From: Eledone cirrhosa
Lineage: Eukaryota
Direction: 5' to 3'
DNA length: 64,000 bases
Assembly (NCBI GenBank): GCA_964016885.1
Contig: OZ024745.1
Coordinates: 102,920,001 to 102,984,000 of the forward strand
The position numbers and the translations under genes are program-made. Shown piece after piece: positions 55,368-64,000 of the stretch. Positions within the stretch are counted from its first letter, which is position 1; each line of letters starts with the position of its first letter. Under the pieces are notes generated by a model. The model made no database searches. It worked only from the letters and a program-made list of their open reading frames with translations, and was not told the origin of the DNA.

Positions 55368-55710
55368 GGAGGCACATGGCTTAGTGGTTAGAGCATTGGC
55401 CTTGCAATCGAAAGGTTGTGAGTTCAATTCTCAGACCGGGTGATGTGTTGTTTCCTTGAGCAAGACACTTTATTTCACATTGCTCCAGTTTACTCAGCTG
55501 TAGAAATGAGATGATAGGGACTGGGGTCCCTATCATTCCACTGCAAAGTGGTCGTGGAGGTGCCATGGCAAAAAAGCACCCAGCACTCACTGTAAAATGA
55601 GGTTGGTGTTAGGAAGGGCATCCAGCTGTAGAAATCAAGCCAGAATCAGTTCCCGTCCCACCCTTGCAAGCAGGGAAAAAGCGGACGTAAAATGAAATGA
55701 AATGATGATA
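55368..55710 (+). mobile_element. SINE family 1, complete copy
   Basis: A-box TGGCTTAGTGG, TTGCAA anticodon-like loop, B-box GTTCAATTC, CORE-like TCCTTGAGCAAGACACTTTA. The tail GTTGGTGTTAGGAAGGGCATCCAGC...GGACGTAAAATGA is shared with the RTE 3' UTR. Confidence 0.9.
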
Positions 55711-55716
55711 TATATA

Positions 55717-56605
55717 CTAGCTGAGGTACCCGGTAATAACCGGGAGTGGGGGTATTCCCAGTTCCCATTAAAATGCCCAATGCCTCTCAGACCATAAATA
55801 AATGTTACAGGAAGCAGAGAATATTAAGTTGATTTATGGAGAACATTTTAAGCCCACAGCAGCTGAAGCTCATCATCATCATCATCATCATTTCATTTTA
55901 CGTCCACTTTTTCCCTGCTTGCAAGGGTGGGACGGGAACTGATTCTGGCTTGATTTCTACAGCTGGATGCCCTTCCTAACACCAACCTCATTTACAGTGA
56001 GTGCTGGGTGCTTTTTTTGCTGTGGCACCTCCACGACCACTTTGCAGTGGAATGATAGGGACCCCAGTCCCTATCATCTCATTTCTACAGCTGAGTAAAC
56101 TGGAGCAATGTGAAATAAAGTGTCTTGCTCAAGGAAACAACACATCACCCTGTCTGAGAATTGAACTCACAACCTTTCGATTGCAAGGCCAATGCTCTAA
56201 CCACTAAGCCATGTGCCTCCATCAGTTAATCAAAAATCAGCTTGCACTTTGCTCAAGTGGTCTGGATAATTTTCTTTAACAAAAAGCCATCCTTAGCACA
56301 TAATCTATCTGTGTTTCAAGTTTGAAGGAAATTTGTTGAGAGCTTTAAAAGTGATGGCAGAAAATAACATTCATATCAGCATTTGCATACAAATTTCCTA
56401 TTCATTTTCTAAAAATCGATGCAGATTGGAAATGATGGATATTTCTGAACTTCAAAGTACGTAAGAAATGAAATGGTCATGAGCCCCACACATGTGTCAA
56501 GTTTCATCAAGATCAGTTTGGTAGTTTTTGAGTTTTAGGTTCACAAACAAATCCACAAACAAACACACACACAAACAGACAGAAATTGCCATTTATGTAT
56601 ATAGA
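55717..56605 (-). mobile_element. Non-autonomous Helitron with a nested SINE
   Basis: On the minus strand: A|TC start with an adjacent (TGTT/TGTC) microsatellite, subterminal hairpin CCCGGT-TATT-ACCGGG (55729-55744), and CTAG|T end. A partial duplicate lies at about 56755-56890. Confidence 0.8.
55870..56222 (-). mobile_element. SINE family 1 nested in the Helitron
   Basis: Near-identical reverse complement of 55368-55710. Confidence 0.9.
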
Positions 56606-56914
56606 TAGGGGGTTTAACCCCGATTTAGGGTGTCTTAATATTATGGAAATTTGCTGAAATTTTGTGAATAGGCATCATGTCTTGTCCTTTACCTATGGTT
56701 TAAATTTCAAATAAATCGAAGGAAAAAAGTTTCAGCAGGGAACCCTTTGATTAAAATGAAATATATGTAAGAAATCAAATGGGCATGAGCCCCACACACG
56801 TGTCAAGTTTCAAGAGTGGTTTTGGTAGTTGTTGAATTTTAGGTTCACAAATAAACACACAGACAGACAGAAATTGTCATTTATGTATATATATACATAT
56901 ATATATATATATAC

Positions 56915-57083
56915 ATAAGGAAAATTCAATTGATAAGGTATGTTTCCTTGGCTATGTTAAAATTTATAAAACACACTTTGTATTTTATCTGATGAAAGCG
57001 TACCAAAGTTTTTGGTACCCTTGAAATATATATAATAGAATAAATATGGTTTTATAAATATAGTTTTCCATTTATTTAATATC

Positions 57084-57137
<54 letters not shown>

Positions 57138-57456
57138 ATATTAATAAATGGAAACTATATTTATAAAACCATAATTATTTTATTATATATATTTCAAGGG
57201 CCACCAAGGTAAATTATGGTGCGCTTTCACCAGATAAAATGCAGATTTGTTTTATAAATAAATATTGACATACCCGGAAAAAAGACAACCTCAACGGTTG
57301 AAATTCGCTGGATATATATATAAATATATATAATAAAATAATTATGGTTTTATGAATATAGTTTCCATTTATTAATATATTGTATATTTACCCACTAAAC
57401 TGTTGAGTGCTTTATATCAGTTATAAAAATGTTTAAGCTTGTTGAATCCCAACAAA

Positions 57457-57462
<6 letters not shown>
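56915..57462. mobile_element. Cluster of three family-B Penelope-like termini (+, -, +) in (TA)n
   Basis: Sense copy about 56915-57086, antisense copy 57133-57300 (core CTGGTGA, mutated), sense 3' part about 57322-57462. Confidence 0.8.
56981..57042 (+). ncRNA. Minimal type I hammerhead ribozyme, family B
   Basis: tattttat CTGATGA aagcgtaccaaa-g-tttttggtaccctt GAAA t-atat-a TA atagaata. Canonical core; cleavage predicted after 57034. Confidence 0.85.
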
Positions 57463-57496
<34 letters not shown>

Positions 57497-58168
57497 TAAC
57501 CATGCTACCATGGAAAATAGATGTTGCATAATGATGATGATGATTGGAAAAAAGGCACATATCGTAGGGGTTAGAGAGTTGGATTCACAATCATAAAGTT
57601 GTGAGTTTGATTCCTGGATGGGGGACACATTGTGTCCTTAAACAAAACACTTTATTTTGACATTGCTCCAATTCACTCAGCTGGAGAAATGAGCTGTGAC
57701 ATAACTGGTACCAAGCCGTATCAGCCATTGCCTTTCCCTTGGATAATATCTGTGGCATGGAAAGGGGGAAACTGGTATACATGGGCCACAGCTGGTCATA
57801 CACAAAAACACATTGCCTGGGCTGGTGCCTCAGAAGGGAACTTTCTAGATGCAAAACCATGGACATTTATGACCAAGGGGAAGATGGTCTTGATCCTATA
57901 TTTGAAAAAAGAAGAATGTCTTCACTGGTGCTTGGTATATTTAATAATCCAATGTTTTATAATGGGTCATTTTTATTATTAGTTCTTGTAAGTCCTTGTT
58001 AACTTTAGTGGGGGAACTTTAAATCCTAGTTAATTTCAGTAGGGAATTTTCTCACATTCAGTGGCAATTATCAAGCAGGGAAAACAGCTGCTTCCAGTTT
58101 CATTTCACATTATATTCATGTCTGTGTATATTTTAATCAGTTATGTAATAAACAACATAAGGTAATTA

Positions 58169-58229
58169 TTTCATTTACCTGTGGTTTCTTGAAAGCAAAC
58201 AAAATTTGCTTTCAATCATCAGAATGAAA
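58169..58229 (-). ncRNA. Type I hammerhead ribozyme, family C (antisense arm)
   Basis: Mirror image of 58310-58370. Confidence 0.85.
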
Positions 58230-58309
58230 AAATCCTGGTGCATTTATTGACATTGGATTTTAAAAACCTAGGTTTTTAAAATCTAATGTCAATAAATACA
58301 CCAGGATTT

Positions 58310-58370
58310 TTTCATTCTGATGATTGAAAGCAAATTTTGTTTGCTTTCAAGAAACCACAGGTAAATGAAA
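58310..58370 (+). ncRNA. Type I hammerhead ribozyme, family C
   Basis: tttcatt CTGATGA ttgaaagcaaa-ttttg-tttgctttcaa GAAA cc-aca-gg TA aatgaaa. Perfect 7-bp stem I and 11-bp stem II; GUA cleavage triplet ending at 58363. Confidence 0.9.
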
Positions 58371-58757
58371 TAATTACCTTATGTTGTTTATTACATAACT
58401 ATTAAGCTCTGTAACCTACATAGAGCACTCTTTTTTCCTGGACCTTTCCGACGGAATTACTTCATTTACACATATATATTTTAATTATTTCAAAATTATT
58501 TTTAAGGGACCATGATTTAAAAAAAATACTTTGAAGTGAACATGACCCAACAAGTCACGGATGGTCTAGTATATATATATATATAATCACACACTTCTCG
58601 TCAATTATTTGTAATACCTGTTCATCAGAAAAGAATCACTTCTCAGTGTATTCCCATATTTACATATATTTCTTTCCCAACTAATTACTTCCTATAATTT
58701 ATGCAGAAATTGTTTTTGTCGAAAGCTATTGTTGTTTGTAAATGATGATACAGATAA

Positions 58758-59330
58758 GTGGTGGTGGTGGTGGTGCTGGTGGTGATGTTGGTTGTGGTGG
58801 TGGAGGAGCTGTTGGTGATGATGGTGTTGGTTGTGGTGGTGGTGGAGGAGCTGTTGGTGACGATGGTGTTTGTTGTGGTGGTGATGACGGTGGTGGTGGT
58901 GGTGGTGGTGGTGGTGATGATGGCGGTGGTGGTGGTGGTGGTGGTGGTGATGGTGGTGGTGGTGGTGGTGATGATAGTGGTGGTGGTGGTGGTGGTGGTG
59001 GCAATGGTGGTGATGATGGGGGTGGTGGAGGAGCTGTTGGTGATGATGGTGTTCGTTGTTGTGGTGGTGGAGGAGCTGTTGGTGACGATGGTGTTGGTTG
59101 TGGTGGTGATGACGATGGTGGTGGTGGTGGTGGTGGTGGTGATGATGGCGGTGGTGGTGGTGGTGGTGGTGGTGGTGATGATAGTGGTGGTGGTGGTGGC
59201 AGTGGTGGTGGTGATGATAGTGGTGGTGGTGGTGGTGGTGGTGACAGTGGTGGTGATGACGATGTTGGTGGTGGAGGTGAGCAGGAGGAGGAGGGGGGGT
59301 GACTATGATGAAGATGATGATGATGCTATT
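58758..59330. repeat. (GGT)n-based low-complexity tract
   Basis: GGT/GAT/GGA triplet repeats; source of the poly-G, poly-V and poly-P ORFs. Confidence 0.92.
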
Positions 59331-59545
59331 GTATAGGTTCTAGTTCAATGTTGTAGTAGTTGTTTTTGTTGTTGTAAATGTGGTTGTTGTTATAGCTGTC
59401 TGTAATATGTGGCAGCAGTCAGCTATAGATAACTATTTTTATTTCTGTTTGTGCATAAAACAAATATGTTATGTGCATAAAACAAACTTTTTGAGCACAT
59501 ATAAGAATTTGCTCATATATCGGGAAACAAACACACACACACACA

Positions 59546-59577
<32 letters not shown>

Positions 59578-60039
59578 GTTACATTAGTTTTGGCAGTATC
59601 GGTAGAAGGTCGGACGCCATGCTTTCCAGCATAGAGTTACGTCCCTTTACGATCTGAGTTCAAATCCCGCCGAGGTTGACTTTGCCTTTCATCCTTACGG
59701 GTGTCGATAAAATAAAAGTACCAGTAATGCACTGGGTAATTGCTGGCCTTGTGCCTAAAGTAGAAACAATTATTAGAGAAATTTACAGATATACAGTATA
59801 CATACATATGCAGTAAAGTTCAAACATAGATGTTGTGCATACTTTAATTCACACATATGCACATGAATGTGTAGGTGTGTGTGCATGTTATTGTTTGTGT
59901 TTGCATCTAGGTGTGTGTGTGTGCATGTGACAAATTAAGATGTAGATTTTCTTGCAGTCTATTTGTGGCGCTGTTTAATTAGTGGGAATTGTAGACCAGT
60001 CTTCATATGAAGAAACCTGCTTGCAAGTGCAGTAAATGA

Positions 60040-60173
60040 TCTGATGGTGGTAATAATAATAATGGTAGTAGTAGTAGTAGTAGTAGTAGTAATGGTGGGG
60101 GTGATAGTAGTAGTAGTAGTAGTGGTGGTGGTGGTGGTGGTAGTAGTAGTAGTAATGGTGGGGGTGATAGTAA

Positions 60174-60204
<31 letters not shown>

Positions 60205-60255
60205 GGTAGTAGTGGTGGTAGTAGTGGTGGTGGTAACAGCGGCGGCTGCAGCAGT
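60040..60255. repeat. (GTA/GTG)n microsatellite
   Basis: Visible directly in the sequence. Confidence 0.92.
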
Positions 60256-63200
60256 AAACAAATAAAAATGCCTTCCAAAAAAGAAAAAAAAAATCAACGA
60301 AGAAAAAGCAAAGGAAACAAATACAAACAGATGCTGTAAAATAATAGATTATAATTTAGGTACATATTTCATACATTTTGTGGAAGTGATACAATCAATT
60401 ATATCCATCTCTGTATATGACTGGTACGGGTTTCATCAACCCCTGCCCAGGGTCAACACTTGAGTATTCAGTGCCCCAGTTTAACTTTACAATGTGCACC
60501 CTATTTTCTGTAATAAAATAATTTCAATTTACAGTTTGGGAAGCTGATGAACTAAGTTCTTGACACCCCTTGCTCTGACCAGACTGAGAAAGTTACTAAG
60601 CCTGCATTTTGCATTTTCCACTACATAGCCCACACCCACCCATGCCAAATCACGTGACTGGTCATAAAACCATATGACACTTTCCACCATTTTAGATATT
60701 TCAAGAATGCTGCTATGCTGCAAAAATGTTCAGCAATTAATTTATTGACAGCAAGAAATTGTATATTTTATTTAATTATGCAAATTTGTATAAAACTGTG
60801 CTTATTTATGGTTCAATGTTTCATCCCAGATGACTACATAGTTGGCCTAATGGTAGCATCAACCCCACCTCTGACAAATAAAAAGTTAAATTGACTCTGG
60901 CTAAATGAGATGTAATTAAATAGCACAAGGAATTTTACCTCTCCATTCCCCAACTCTACTGAATTTTGCCTTTCATCTCCCTTAATTATTAGTTTATTCT
61001 ATTCATTCTCCAGAAGTACAAAAGGCTAAGTTAAACCTGATTGGATTTGAATTCACAATATAAAGGACATAACTAAATACCACAAAGTATTTTGTTTGCC
61101 ATTTTACCAATTTTGACACTCCACTGTTCTGTTATACCCCCCCCCCCCCCCCCCCCATCCCACCCCCACACACTAACTTAAAATACATTATAATGTTGAT
61201 TTGGAGTGAAGAAAACTGTCAATTAAATCAACTGCACTAACTGGTATTTATTTTATCACCTTTAAAAATGTCTAACACAAAGTTGACTTCAGCAGGATTT
61301 GAACTCAGAATGCAAAGTGATGTAACTGCAAGTTTTTTAATCTGTCACCATATTACAAAGAAAAAATGGTTAACTGATCTTCATATCTACATACATATTA
61401 GTACTACTACTAAATTCTCCACTTCTTTATGGTGACACGATAAAACCTTTCCATCTTATACAATTAAGCATTAACTACCTCAGTTCTTCACTGAATAGTT
61501 CTGTATCTTCCCCAGTGACTCTCTTTAATGTCTTGAGAAGTCTTTCGCCTTTGTGTTTCACATTAGTAGGCTCCATAGTTGAAGATGCAAGTTGAAGATG
61601 CCTGACATGGATGGTATGGCTAATGGGTGGGGAGTTGCAATTGATGTTTTTTTATCCTTAGCATTTGTGTGTATCAACCATCTAAAGTTTTGGTGATTGG
61701 TGTTGTCACTGACTATAATTCATAGGAATACATAGATTGATACATAGATACATCATCATCATCACTACCATCATCTGCTGATTTTCTATCCTGATATGGT
61801 TTTGTCAGGTTGTTATAGTCTGTATCATCTTGAACACATGATAACAAAAACCAACCAACTTTGATGTGTAATTTTTAGATTTATTTTATCACACTACTAG
61901 CATTAGAGAAATTGCCTCCTTACAAAGGGATGAAATAATCTCCTGTTCTGTATCAGTTCTTATTAAGAGTTACCGTCTTCCTATTTGGATAGCCTGTTAT
62001 TTAGTTTGCATAATCCATCCCTATATATTTCATTTTGGGCATGGTTTCTATAACTAGATCCAGTTTTTATCAGCAACCATTTTACAGACTATACTGATTG
62101 TTTTTAATCACACTGCAAGTACAACGAGATCGTTCTCTACAAAAAGAGCTGAAGAATTTCTTCTACCTTGTATTAGTTCTTATTCGTAGTTACTGCTTTC
62201 CTAGATGGGATGTAAGTTGCACACTTTTTACAACTATTGGCTACATATACAACTGTTTTAGCTGGTATGGCTGATACTTCTTAACTTTTGGTGACGGTGA
62301 ATAAAAGCTTAGGAACCCAGAGGAGTTTAATTTATTAGTTTGCATTTATTAATCTCTTTATAACCACATCCACTAAAACCTTCATTCCCATTAAAAAAGA
62401 ATTCAAGCATTTGTATTTATAGTTTAGTGAGTCTTTTCTCATGTAAGTTGCATGAAACACTAATAAATTAGTTATGTTTTGTACATTTTATATTTGATTA
62501 ATTTGTTTGGGGCTTAATACTACAAGTATGATGTTCGAGAAGCCTTAATTTTGAGGTTCGGTTGTTGGTTTGTTCACACATCAAATCTGATGAAGCAGAA
62601 GACCTCCTATGATTTAAAGCATTCCAGATATGACCAACCTGCCTTCTTATCAGCATCTAGGGCTACATTACTGCATATATCTCTTTCATTTTATAAGATA
62701 ATAGTGAATGGGATTTGGCAGCTATTTCTAACAGGTCAAGTGACCACATAGATGTTCCATCATCATCTTGTCCACTACATTTAACAATATAGTGTTGAAA
62801 AACTGTGACAAGACATGAATGTTGATGATGCCGTCATTAAATAGAGTTTATTATTATATATGAGAAGACTAGAAAGAAATGGAGCAAGTATGCTTTGATG
62901 GATGTGTAATGTTAGTGTGCATGAATGACATAGCATTTTCTTTCAACTTGCTTATGCTAAGAACGACATAGCGTAAGCAAGCTGAGAGAAAAACTCAGCA
63001 TAAGCAGAATTGAATATAATGTGCATTGGTATAGACATGTGATGTATATAAAAGATGACAGCTGTATAAAGAGGTGGGAGAAAAATCACAGTGATATAGA
63101 ACTTGTGGGAGAGGCATGCCCCGGAAGATATGGGATGAGGTAGTGAGGGCTGATCTTAAGGAGTTGAACCTCACGACAGAGATGACAAAGGATTGCATGG

Positions 63201-64000
63201 GCTAGTGCTATGCTGTGTTGTTGAAGACCTGACCTATCCTCATATTGCCCTCACTAACACCTTTTAGTAGCCATTCCAATTATCACTACACCCTCACTCC
63301 ACTATGTCCCATACAGCCTTCCCACATCCCAATTGTAGCTATTCTTTGCATCCTTGTACATGTCACTGCTACCCTATTAGAGATTTCCACCCCTCCAAAA
63401 TTCTGACACCTCACACACACTTTGACACACAAGTTATAGCACCACCCCCAGTATCTGCTATCACCACATTACTTTCCATTCTGCCTGAAGTCTCCCTGCC
63501 CATGCACCATCCCTCATCCTGTCAAATCCCTCCACACTTGATACCTACCCATGACATATACCTCACCTGTGCTTAAAGAATAGAGAGAGCTCTTCAGTCG
63601 AGCCAGTGATGACAGCCTCTCTGGTGTCAATGCTATTATTAATGCATCTAGTACATTCTGTAAGGTGGTTGGTGATCGGACGACGAGCACCCAGCTGTAG
63701 AAACCATGCCCAAAATGGTCAAGAGGACTCTTTAGCTGTGTCATAGACGTGGAAACCTCCCTAATGTTGGTGGTCTGCATGATAAATGATCACTCAGTAC
63801 AGGAGTTGGTGATAGGAAAGGGTATCTAACCATAGAAAACCTGCCAAACAAAGACTCTTAATCTATGCCAAGGATATGAAAACTTCTCAAAGGTTGGTGC
63901 CCTGATGAAATGCACATAGTAGAGCATGGGATCCTATACCAGGCCCCCAACACCCTTGGAGGTCAGAGGTTCAACTTGAGCAGTGGCCACTCTATTGACA

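Larger units (their letters stand above)
58139..58468. mobile_element. Penelope-like terminal element, family C, forming a 262-bp palindrome (58139-58400) plus a 3' extension
   Basis: Spacerless inverted repeat centred on CCTAGG (58267-58272); I saw 2 mismatches. Confidence 0.9.

Noticed and set aside
55368-55440. tRNA-Ala gene
   Set aside because: The cloverleaf arms do not pair properly, and it continues into a SINE body and tail in every copy.
58726-59336. Gly-rich or Pro-rich structural protein ORF
   Set aside because: (GGT)n low-complexity tract open in several frames and on both strands; no splice or domain support.
63895-63950. CTGATGA as a hammerhead core (also at 62588)
   Set aside because: No correctly placed stem II, GAAA or cleavage triplet follows.

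Overview
AT-rich, repeat-saturated eukaryotic (metazoan) genomic DNA. The very long (TA)n/(CA)n/(CT)n tracts, tRNA-derived SINEs, RTE LINEs and Penelope-like elements suggest a mollusc, probably an octopus; this is inference, not a database result. The only host coding sequence I can support is two small + strand exons (2897-2973 and 24424-24561) of a classical protein-tyrosine-phosphatase catalytic domain. They are separated by a 21.4-kb intron, and the next intron appears to run past the window end. Nearly all other ORFs in the track are artefacts of microsatellites or repeats. The introns contain a young 5'-truncated Penelope-like element (RT + GIY-YIG, Naiad-like) with a fold-back 5' end, a decayed near-full-length RTE LINE, two SINE families, piggyBac/hAT/Tc1 MITEs, a non-autonomous Helitron, and 30-, 33- and 50-bp tandem arrays. 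The most striking signal is a dense set of type I hammerhead-ribozyme (HHR) motifs from several sequence-distinct small elements, mostly in (TA)n tracts and often in fold-back form: 6 with intact cores plus many decayed or half copies. Across these families a covarying bulged hairpin (RCUC-stem-UW-GAGY-RCY) usually recurs about 25-60 nt downstream of the predicted cleavage site. Two of the tandem arrays can be traced to internal pieces of dispersed repeats. All coordinates were read by eye and may be off by a few bases.
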